This document shows positions 12,501 through 24,500 of a stretch of 64,000 nt of DNA, piece by piece (position 1 is the first letter of the stretch; each line of letters starts with the position of its first letter). The translations under genes were made by a program, and so were the position numbers. The DNA comes from Podarcis melisellensis (lineage: Eukaryota), in NCBI GenBank assembly GCA_964234715.1, contig OZ174282.1; one strand, given 5' to 3'. A model generated the notes under the pieces. It saw nothing but the letters and a program-made list of their open reading frames with translations, searched no databases and was not told where the DNA came from.

Positions 12501-15500
12501 TCCCCCCCATCTCTTTGTACTGCCCTCCCCTGCCTAATCCGTCAACTGACTTCATTTGACTTCGCAGATGTCATCATGGAACCAAGCCCTATTTCACCCC
12601 ATAGTCCCCAACTGCTACCAATTCATGAAGACGTATGAGGCAATAAAGGGAGTGGAGGATGTCACAACTGTCCCCATCTCCACTCCAAGGAGCACCTCGC
12701 TCCTCTCCTTAAGCACCTGTGTTGGCTCCCACCAAGGATGCAAGCTCTCCACCCTCTTCACTTCCTATGAAATATTTCTCTTTTTGACCTCTTAGTCTGA
12801 AGCAAGTTCTCCTTTACCTCTGCCTTCTTCTCCCTACTCTGCCTTTGCACCTTTGACTATGCCATTCTACAGCATCTGGAACAGCAGCCTCCTCGCTTTC
12901 AATCTGTGAAGTCACCTTTCTACCTTCTGGCCCATCATGACCTCTGCAAAGCACAATCGCCCCACCATTCCTGCTCCTCCTGTTACCACTCCCTCCACCT
13001 CCATGATTCACAGAAGTCCTTTGCCAAGCCTCTACTCTCTAGCCTGACTCTCTAGACTGGGAGAGGAGCCATCGTACTGCTAGCAATAACTAGATGTTAC
13101 ATGAGATGCAGGTTGTCCTTCTCATATAGGGTTGCAGGGAGAAGAAAGCCCCATTGGCCCACGCAAGTCTGAAGGGGTCATGGTCAAAGCAGTGGGAGGC
13201 CTTCTCGTGCTATGCAGCATTTTCATTTTCTGGGTGTAGCAGCAAAATTGGGCCAAAACAACAAGAGGCCCATGTTGGCTTCTGGCTCTTCAACTCTCCA
13301 AAGGTGGGCAGATGTGTCTAGATCCATCCTTTTCTGCTTCTTTGAATTCACCCCACAGGCTTTTTCCAATTGCCCAATGGCAAGAGGAGTCCCAGCAGTG
13401 GAGCAGAGCACAGTGGTCCTTTGGCACTCCTAGAGTCATGGAGAGGACTGCCCTGCTCCCATGATGCACCTTGCCTTTCCCTCCTCCATCCCAGTTTGTG
13501 CTGGATTCATCACTCTCTCCTTCCCACACAAACCCATTCACAATTCCAACACTGTAATTCAAAAGCAGAAGTTCAAATTCATTCCAAGTTCAGACCGTAG
13601 TGTCACAGCGGTGCTGAAATTTGTGTGACTCAGTTCCTTGGAAGGCTGCACTGTGAGCAATCTGGGGTGGAGTGGATGGGTATTGCTACTCATACAAATA
13701 CTCAAGGACACACAAAGGGAGACACAGACACATGGACTTCAAAAGCTCGTCGGAAGCACAGACACCAAGAGAGTCCTTAGGATCAAGGCTCCCCTGGAGC
13801 TGTCCATGCTCACAACCACCCACTGATCACAAGCTATGCAAAACAGAGGTGCCAGCAAGCAATTCACAATGTGTGCAGAACCAACCATGAAATGCTTGGC
13901 TTGATGGACAGCAATGAAGACCACCCTTGTGCAACCGCAGCCCTGCTGTCACTCAGATATGTTGCCTCCCACCACCACCACCACCAGCAGCCCACATGCA
14001 AAGAAGGTAAAGCAAGATGACGGAGCAGCCAGGCGGGTTGAAAACCAGTGTGGGGAGGAACGGGGAAGACTGGAAGAATGGCTGATTGCTGAGAAAAAGT
14101 CAAGAAACAGCCAAGCTGTTGAGGCAGTGGGCCCCAGGATATTGGAGGGCTAAGGCTGAGATCCTGATGCTTGGGCTTGGCAGCCAAAAGACCCAGGGAA
14201 AAGGAGCTATAAAGTTGAGGGGGACCTGCGAGACCTATATAACGCTTGCTGAATTTAATAATGCTTGGGGAAAGCCAGAACTGGCCTTTTGAAAATGGAA
14301 GCCAAGGCACCAACCCACCCTTCTGATGAGCTGTTGCTGAAGGGTGCATTCCCTGTCCAATTCCACTTTTTAAAGTGGCTCTTCCCCCATCCCTAATCTC
14401 AAGGCTGTCACTCTCTGGGGTGGATCTGGGCCCAAGGTGGGTGGATCTCAGCATTTGCCCCAGAGCCATTCTGGAGCGGGGCAGCAGAGCCAGAGAAAGA
14501 GGAGTGTCCAGATGGGAATAATGAGGCCCTGTGGTGATGCTGATAAGGCCTGAAATGAAAGCCAACTTAAAAAGCGCCCACTGACTATGTCTTGTTGCTT
14601 ATGCCTTTGTGGTTCACGAGGGTGAGGATGCCAAGAGGGATCATAGGGACACTCTTGTGAGTATCTCACAGCACAAGACAAGAAGGCCTCCTCTTTGCTT
14701 TGGCCTAAGGGGGAAGGAGTGGTTATTCCAAGATGCACCAATCATTTTAACCAGGCCTTTGGTCCCCAACTGAAAGCACCTGGGGCCCTTAAGTGCCCAG
14801 ACAAAATGGTGGCACTCTGCTGCAGGTGGAAAATGTGGTCTCCCTCTGAAGGAGACCTAGCCATCTTCCAGAACAGCTTTCCCTGAAGCCGGTTAAGCCA
14901 TCCCATAAGCCAGTGGTATCCAAACTTTTTAAAAAGAGGGCCAGATTTGATGAAGTGAAGGGCCATGGGGGCTGACCAAAGGGCCAAACAATGTTGTTGA
15001 CCTTTTTTTAGGATTGAAGTTGTTGGTTTTTTTTAGGCTTTTACCCCAGGAAATAAACTGCCACAGGGGCTGGATTAAACCGACCGGCGGGCCACATTAG
15101 GCCCCCGAAATGGACTTTGGACATGCCTGTCATAAGCAATACCAAGGAGGATTTCCTCCAGAGAAGGCTGAGGCTAATGGGAGTTGTGGTCCAAAACACC
15201 AGGTTGGAGAAGATGGCCCCAGAGTGAGAGACTGAGCCAGTCTGGATCTGTGAGAATTCAAGCTGTTTTTCCAAAGTGTATGTGCTTTGAATGTGCCCTT
15301 TGATTTCCCCCTTTTCAAAGTGGCAGTAGGGCATATGAAGCAGCCTTGCACTGAGGCAGACCCCTGCCCAGAGGAGTGGCTCTGCAGGGTCTCAGGCAGG
15401 TGGAGAGGGTAGGACCCCTTCTTCCTCCTTCACATTGCTTGCTGCTACCCAATTCTTTAAAATGGGATTGAACCCAATACATCAGGCACAGGCAAACTCG

Positions 15501-18500
15501 ACCCTCCAGATGTTTTGAGACTGCAATTCTCATCATCCCTGACCACTGGTCCTGTTAGCTAGGGATGGTGGGAGTTGTAGTCCCAAAACATCTGGAGGGC
15601 TGAGTTTGCCTATGCCTGCAATACATTCTGTAAAATAACCCAGTTTTTTGTAGCCCCAGGAAGGTGGGGCCTGAATGCAACTCTTCCAAATCAAACTAAG
15701 GGTTTTCATGTATGCTAGGCTTCTTTTAAGACACACAGAGCACTGTCTTTAGAAAACAGCTTCACAACAACCTTGTAAGGGAGCTTAGGCTGAAAGGTAG
15801 GGACTTTCCAAGGCCAGGAAAGGCCCAAGGTTGGAATGGTCAAACTATAGATAAATAAATCCAGCACACACCACATATTTCAACCTAAAAGGTCTCGTAA
15901 GCCTCAGCCAGCAAGGCCAAGGGTTGGGGGTAGGAGTTCTACTCCACCAACATGTGGGAGGCACCAGGTAAGTGGGGAGCGTGGGGGGGGGGAGATTACT
16001 CTAAACAGAGGCAAGGCAAGAGCCCCATGGATTTTGGCATCTCAGGTGCTTAGCTAGTTTGTGGATGGGCTAGTTTGGGGGTTGGCGTAGTAGGGGAGGC
16101 GCACACCCATTTCCCATGGAGTCTTGAATGCCAGCAGGCCGAAATAAGATGGCTTTGGAACAATCTCCCAAGTCTCCAATTTGGCCTGAGGTACGCTGCT
16201 CTTCTTCAGCCTCAGCCTGGCCACCTGCAACATGGGGGGCAGTGATGCTGGCCTGCCTTACAGGGTCATTGCAAGGTTCACTGAGAATAATGAAGCAACT
16301 TTGAACTTAGCATTTCTGTTCTTGCCATGTGGTCTGTCAGCACCTTACACCTCAGGTTCCTGCGTTCATCACAGAGCAAGGACCACCTCCTCTCTGCCTC
16401 CAGCAAAGCTGGGCTGAGCCTCAGTCGGCCCCATCAGCTTAAGCTGCTCCCAACCCTCAATGCACAACTTGCGTCAGCATGGCCTCTGGAGGTTTCATTT
16501 CATTTCAAGCCCAACCGAAACAGAGTGGAGGGAGGGAGGGAGGAAAGGATTACAGGTAGTGAAGCCAAGAGCGTGGAGGAAGGGTGAGGGATGCCTGGAT
16601 GAAGCTGAGATGGCAACATTTGACTTACCAAGTAGCTCTACAGGAAGGATGTGGAAAGGAGGGAAGAGAAAAGAGAGAGGGAGGAAGAGAGAAAGAAGAA
16701 TGTGTGAAAGACAGGCTGATGTATAGAGCCATCTTCTCACCCGGAACAGGACCCCACAGAACCACCACCCAACTCAGCCACATCACCAGGTACACAACTG
16801 CTCTCCCGCCATAAAATGACAGCAGGGGACAGCTGCATCTGGTCAGGTCTTCTCCACTGGCACAAGGAGCAAAAGTGGGAGCCACAGGACTCTGGTAACC
16901 TCCCCCAGGTGGGGGGGGGCAATGGCAGGTCCAGGGGTGGGGTGGGGATTCCCCAAGGCAGAATGCAAATGCCCCAGACCCAAGCCAAATGCCACAGGTC
17001 CCCAATCCACCTTGCATGGAGCAGCCAAACAGGAGGAGGAAGGCACAGAGACATTTGCACCCTGCACCTTGTCTTCCCAAGGAGTCATTGGTGGCCACGT
17101 GCACACGCAACATCTGGTTTGGGCCTCAGAGGGTCTGCTGCAGGAGCCAGGAAGACCCCTCTCAATACCTAGAAGGACTGAGAATGGTATGAGACGCCAC
17201 ACTGAGAACACCAACACAGTTCTCTTCCCATGACAGAGTGTGTGCATAAAGGGGAGGGAGAGGCACTTTGATAGGCAATTATCCCCCGAGCCCCCCCCCT
17301 TTGCAGTCAGCACCAGCATACACACATGGTAACTTCAAGGAGCAACAACCTGGATCAACACACTGGCCTGATTTTAGGGCAATAAGAACTTAGCAAGGCT
17401 CTGAAAGCAACCCTCCCCTGGCAATCACGTGTTCACAAGATGGGAGGGCAAACCAAAAGTGCGGAAACTTAAAGCACCAGCTGTACAATGCCCCCTGCAG
17501 AAACTGCCACTCTCATCCAGACCCATTCAGACACACAAGCGAACCAGAGGCAGGCAAGCTTCCTTCTCCCCTAGGAATCTGCTACCACAACTCTGAAGAC
17601 AGCTGGGCCTTCTTTCTCCTTGGGGCTTAAAATGCCTCACAGCTTTGAAGAGGATCGATAGCTGAGAGGCATGTGTTTTCTTCTGCACTTAAAACAAATA
17701 AATCCAAGATTCCTGAACTGAGCAAAGGTGAATGCTGTGAGCCTAATCAGCAGACCTCTCACTCGGCCATCTCCTCCGGTTTCTGAGGCCTCAGCCAGCA
17801 TTGCCCACCCACACTGTCAAGCCACAGGGGCCAGAAACTTGCTTTAACACCCCCCCCCCCATAAATTCAGGAAGCTGAATTCAAGACTTCGTTCCCTTTT
17901 CTGTCACTGCCTAACACAAAGCTCTGTCTCACCTGCCAAGCAAACAACCCACAAAGGGATTTGGAGAGCCTCTGGGCCCCAGGACATTATGCCGCAAGGA
18001 GGCCTCCACCCTAGTTTAACCAGGATCTTACACTGCAATGCATTTAACTGAAGAATTAAACCAAGGTCCTTGCTCCATCCATGCCATTACCTGTGCAGGG
18101 AAATGTTCACTGCTAAGGCAGAAGCAATTTAGTTTATCCAAGGGCAGCCCAGCAAATCCAGCCCCCTTCTTCAATCAGGGGTTGGAGGCCAACATCACTA
18201 GCCAAACTGAGCTGCCCTTTGGCCAGAAACACCCTGGCAGATCTTACCTTTGCGGGCTTTCTTCTGAAGCTTCAGTGTGTCAGAGGACTTCTTCTTTATC
18301 TCATGGCGGGCTCGTTTGTATTCTAAGGAGACAGGAATCGGGAAACACGAGGCCTGATTCCAAGTGACCAGAAGGCAAACAGCTTGGCGGGTGGACCCCG
18401 AGGTCCCCCACATGGCGTGAGCAGACAAGGGAGGCCACTGCTCTCTATGGGGCCCAGACTCAACTCCTGGCTTTCATCTCCTCCCACCCTAAGCCCCACA

Positions 18501-21500
18501 GTCACATCCTTGCCACTGCTTTCCTCTGAGCATCAGACACTGCCTCACAGGCTATGGGGCAGCCAGGGTGCCTCCTGCCCTTTTACCTTTCGCGTGATCT
18601 TTGTCAAGCTGGTTAGCAGTCTTCTTCCAGTCCTCTATCCGATCCTGCAGGGGGTTAATCAGGCTCTCCATCAGGGCGCTGCAGGAGGGGGGAAGGCACC
18701 CAGAGAGAGGCGGGTTAGAAGGGCCAAGGGAAGTGGAGAAGAGTTTTGCAACGAAATCCCCATAAATGTGCCGTGATCCAAATGGCTCAATAACTCATTC
18801 TCTGGACTAGAGTATGGAAGTGGCGCGAGTTTCTAAAACCCTGAGCCTCCTTCTGCATGTCTTGCCTATTACAGCACCTCCCCAATCCCGTTTTCAAGGC
18901 CACTGAGCCTCTCCCTCTTCTTCGGAAAGGAAGCCTGGGGCTGGCCCACACACATGACAAGCACGCGGGTCTAACGAAAGGCACTTACTTGGTAAACTGC
19001 CTCAGCTTGGTCTCAATACTGCGGTGCCGCATACACATCCGGGTTAGTGCGGAGCCGATGTCCCTCGTGGCTCCTGAGGTGAAAAACCAGCCCTCATGTT
19101 AATGGAGAACAGTCAAGAGTTACTGCAGAAAAATTCAAGTACGGAATTTCTTTTCTTTCCTTCTCTCTTGTTCAGTCAGAGAGAAAGAAAATGGAGAGGC
19201 AAGGAATTGAGATGTCAGCACAGACTGAAGGAATGCCTGACATTGGGGCTGGGTGAGGGAGTGAGATCACATGGGCTGGGAAACCGAGTTGCCTAAGAGT
19301 CTGAGGCCTTGTTTCAGAAGTAGCAAAGCAGAGCTATCAGGGCTCTCTCCTGACTTTCCTCCTGAGGGGGCATACAGAAAGGCATCATATGTTACTCTCA
19401 CAAGAGCCCTGCAAGCTGTTTCTTCAGCCTCTACTTGAGACTCAGTTCCTCCTCTCTGGACATCCCTGCTCTGCCGCCACCTTCTCTGAGGGAAAATGGA
19501 TCTCCTGAACACTGTCCTAGATCTGGCTTTCTCTCCAGTCTCCTCAGAAGCCCCTATTATCTCCAGGCATTACATGGTACTGAAAAGTCAGAATAATAGA
19601 AGCTCTTATGAAACATTACTTTGGGGCAACATCTTCCCCTCCAGGATTTCACAGGTGAAAATGGACTCTCCAGTGGGCTTGTAACACTCCCCCCACCCAA
19701 TTCATCTCACAAACACTTCTTCCCCTTGCCAAAGGTTGTTCCAGGATTCCATTCATGCTAGAGTGACTCACTTGGCAATAGCCTATCTTACACAAATTAG
19801 TAAAATGTTCACAAGAGTTTCCATTAAAAAGAAAGGGTTTTTTCCTCTTACACAGTGGAGCTAGAGGCTGTGTTTGCAACTTAAAGAGCATCAGAAGGAT
19901 CCTTCCAAACTGGGAGATTAGGAAACAAATGCATTTTGATGTTAAGAAGGTGTGTGGAGGGGAATGCATTTGGGGCACACCCCCTAACTTCACCCATAAA
20001 TACACCATGATGAGGTCTGAGCTGCATTGTAATGTTGCAGCCTTTCTGCAAATGGGGTTGATTAGTCCAGTCCCTTTGATAATTTTGGTTGCTCCTTTCT
20101 GCCTTTCCCTCCCAGCTCTAGAATATCCTTTGAGTTAAAGGCTATCACTATCAAAGGCTAACAATTGGCTCCAAGTCTAGATTGAGGGCCCTGCCTGATG
20201 GAGAACAGAGCAATTCAGATTTTGACCATTGGGGGTAGCAATAACCACACTGACACTGACCCCTCTCTTTCTCTCTCTCTGAGCCTTGAACATGAGGATA
20301 TGAATGGATGGAACAGTCTTTCATAGGAACCGCCCATCAAACTGCATCCCCCACAAAGCATGGATTATGGGGCATTCTGCTGCTTGAGGGAGAGAAAAAT
20401 GCCCACATACACTAATTCACATGGGAGCCCAATCCAATGAGAAGTTATCTGGTGCAAGCCTCATTAAAATGACCATGAACATGCATTTTTAGGGGCTTTT
20501 ACGCAAGATGAGATGGCACCCTGTGGGTCGCAGCTAAATGCCCTTGGTAGTGCCAGAAACTAACAGCCAGAGGTGATTTCTGTCTCTTTCTGCTCATTTC
20601 CATTTCAGCTTGCTCCTGGTCACACGTGCTGTAATTGCTATGAGTGCTCCAGTTGGAGAACAGCCTCTACTAAAGGTGTCATTGACCTTAAAGAAGCACG
20701 AACTCAGGACGAAAGGGAGAAACGAGCTAAGAGGAAGGCAGCTTTGACAAATCCTCACCATGATCAACTCCCACCCAGAAACCTACGTCCCCACTATGGA
20801 AGGACGTGTGGATCCAGAATTGGCCTCCACAGCCACTTACGGACTCACTGTTAAGACCGTGGTCATGGAAGACAATCTTACTTGGCTACGAGTGATCGCC
20901 AAAGAAGAAGAATTGCTGCTCTAGAGGAGCCTTCTCCAATCTGTTGCTCCCCATATGCTTTGGACTACAATACCTGTGCTGACTGGAGCTGTTGGGAGTT
21001 ACTTCCCAAAACATGAATGGCACCAACTTGGCAAAGGTGGCTCCAGGATCTAGACTACCTTCTGTTTTCCTTGAGATATACATAAAAAGTGCCCCCGAAG
21101 GATGTGTCTTCCTCTCAATCCTTCCTTTTAAGCACTTCCTAGGAAGAACACATTGCGTACTCCCACAACACCGAAGCAGAATGATTGTGAAAGATTAATG
21201 AGGCAAAGGCACGCAATTGGGCCAGGAAAGACGAATGCACAGAAATCACACATCAGAGGAACCCGGTGTCACCTGGGAATGGCAGATCCACCCCTCAAAG
21301 GTACTGGGAGGGAGGAAGTTAAGAGTGGATGCAACAGACCATGATCAACTCAGCCGGCATGATGAATCCAGGTTAATGAGGGATCTGCACGCACACCAGT
21401 ATGCAGCACTGTTTGAGCTGCAGAGAGAAATTTGCCCCTCTTCAAAGCAGGATATAAGGCATTGCAAAACAGTTCACCTTCTGCTGGCCAGCCTGAGCTG

Positions 21501-24500
21501 GCCAGGAAGTGGCAAAAGTTGCAGGGAGTCTCCAAGACACAGCCTTCAGGAAGGGATCTTTGGAGGCTGCCCCAGAGCACTTGACATGCATTCTCCAACC
21601 CTACTCCTTAAAACAGCCCTTTAAAGCAGGCCAGCCACCAAACTGTTTGGAAAGACATTTTTCATCCAGCTCTGGGTGAGGCACCTGATGCTCATTCAGT
21701 CCATGAGTTGGCCTGACCTGTCAGCAATCACTGGGGGGGGGGGGGAATGGGACGAGCTGCAAAGTTTTTAATCAAACAGAGATTAATCAATTTCAAACTT
21801 TTGATCAAAAAGGTGCTCTTAAAGGTAGGGTACCTGTGAGGGCCAGGCGTCCTACCAGTGACCCAGTTCCTTTTACTAGTCTTGGATTACTAGGCAATGA
21901 TTTGCCAAGTGGCCTTGCTCAATGCTAGGCACGATCACTGCGCTTTAGTCATCTCTCTCGTACATTCCAAGAGCCCAAGACCATTTCCTTCTTGACCTCA
22001 GATGAGGCCAGCTAATTCTCCGCAAGTCTGCTTGTGCTTATGGTTCTGGTCCTGCAGTCTGTTGAGCCTGACCTTCCAGAGCAACACTCTTTAGTGTTGG
22101 GGCATCAGAAGGTGACATGGTTGTGATTGACCCTCTGTTGCTTTTTGGAATTTGCTCCCAACCATGGAGGATGGAAAGACACCAGCACTAGCTCCATAAC
22201 AGTGGTGCACTTCACACACCCCTTCTTACTGGGGGTGGGGGGGGGTCATCCTGGCTCCAGAGCCACCGCTGTGCAGCTGCAGCAATAGACAGTGGAGGAT
22301 GACTCACTTCCTTTGCTTGTTTCCTTAGCTTGCTGAACGGGGCTTCTGCTGCAGATCACAGCCATTGACAGGGAGAAATCATTTCCTCCTGTTCCCCCTT
22401 TCCCGGTTCTGACCAGGAGTGCTGCTTCCTCTTAGAGTTGCCAAGACATTTTGCCCCCAGCCCCCAACCCCATGGCTGTAATCACCTGACACAAAATACA
22501 TCCTTAGCATCTCTTTCAGAAAAAAAATAATTCCCAGCATTTTCTGCAAACGTTGAGCTCTTGTGGTCCACATTCTGAATCGCACTTGGCAACTTCACTA
22601 GCAACAACCCCCCCCCCCCGAGCAATGTCCACACATGTGCAATCAGAGCAACCCCCCGTTTCCCTTGTCCTCTTCCAACACCCCACTAACAACTTAGTGG
22701 ATAAAACTGTGCAGTCCCAGAGGTCCTTCTGTCTCTTTTCAGAGACCGCCTGGGGAATTTTGTTGCCATAAACACAAAAGTTAAAATGACGCAGCACCTC
22801 CCACTCACCCACCCATCAACCTTCTTGGACAACAGCGAAACATTAAAGAGGAAAGGCAGACAATAAAATTTAAAATGGGGTGGGGGGTGGGGAGTCAATG
22901 CATTCAAAAGTAGTCAGTGTCAAGATGGGAGGGCCGGGCCAAGTTGATTTTTTTTCTTTCCTTCAATTACTGAGCTCAAATTTGGCTACTTACTGGGGCT
23001 GGAAGCTTGGAGCTTCAGTAGCTGTGGTGTGTTTCTGAGACCATTTAGTGCACTGGTGCTGACATGTAAAGCCTTGCTCTGCTTAGAAGCTGGTACCTGA
23101 AGAACTGCCTGCTCCCTTCCCACATCCCTTGGTGGGAAGGTGCCTCCCCTGCCTATGGTTGTTTTGCACTTCAGTGTTTTTGCCTGCCTTTGAATTGTGA
23201 GCTGAATAATATTGTGATCACTTCCAGCTCCAGGACACCTTATGTTTGCAATTATTTATACCTTGCCTTTCCAAGGGAGCTTATACACATCTGTTGAAAT
23301 AGCACCGAGGACAAAATACGAACTAAAACAGGCTAAAATGCAACAAGCAAATAGCTTCATTTCCTTCATTTGTGCACCCCAGAGTGGTTGACATAATAAA
23401 AGCCATAAAACACAGTCATAAGCAAATGAGCCCACAAACGCAACTAAAAGCAAAACATAATCAGCACTAATAACCAGTTAAAGCCAAAAACCGGTCCTTA
23501 ATGATGTCCCACTAGCATAATAGGGCAGCTTTCACTTGGCCCTGAAGGAGAAAAAACTGGGCAGTGCATGATCCCCCACTGCAGCAAAGGTCCTATCGCT
23601 ACCCTGCAATGGGAGTGGAGTGGAGTGTGTGTGTGTGTTACCGAGAGCTTAGCAACTCCATATACAGGCAAGTTCATATGGGAATTGTCCAGCCCTGTCT
23701 CCAAATATGTTAGAGGGCACCAAGTTGGGGAATGCTAGGATAGACAGCCCTTCAAAAGCCATGATTCCAAGCCACTTGGGGCATTATAGGTAGAAAACAA
23801 ACAAAGAACATGAGCTGAGCCTGGTAGAGAACTGGAGAAGCCAGTGAACGTCTTTCAACCACTGGCCAAATATTATCAGCACAGCAGATAGTAGTCCATA
23901 TGTATGTCTACCACACTTTGAATCTACTGCACTGAAGTTTCTCAACACTTTTTATTGGCAGCCCCACATATAACATTGCCCTAGATATTACTAAGGCATG
24001 AGAAAATGTGGCAAAATTATTATTTTTCCAGACAAGCCCACAGTGCTAGTAAAAGTCACTCTTGAGCCACAGACTACTTTATTGCATTGTTGACCGTTTT
24101 AACTCTGCATGTAAATTTCCTTAGCAAATTTCCTGCCACGTCGAAGCATTAGACAGCTTTAGAATACCAAGATGATGCAGGCTTGTGGGCAATGAAGCCA
24201 GCCTTGATTAAGGACAGCCAAGTGGTACAAGCACATGCACCAGGCGTTCAAGCACATGAAATTAAGAGTCTCTGAAACAGGGAACCTGTAAAGGGAGCTG
24301 GACATCCAACAGAGACAACCATGACTTCCCCAACCATCAAATTATGGTGAACCAAGGACCCACAAGCAAATATCCTGGACATATCTGCTGCCTTTAGAAT
24401 CAAAAAAGCTGTCGCCATTGAAGTGTTTTCACGAGCGGCCTAACACAGTGAGCAGGGCAAGGCATTGTGAGTTAAAGAGCAAACGCTACAAGAAAAGGGG

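Noticed and set aside
15483-15618. Long hairpins that could be pre-miRNAs or CRISPR-like repeats
   Set aside because: Dispersed palindromic MITEs with TIRs and TSDs; no regular repeat-spacer array; eukaryotic context.
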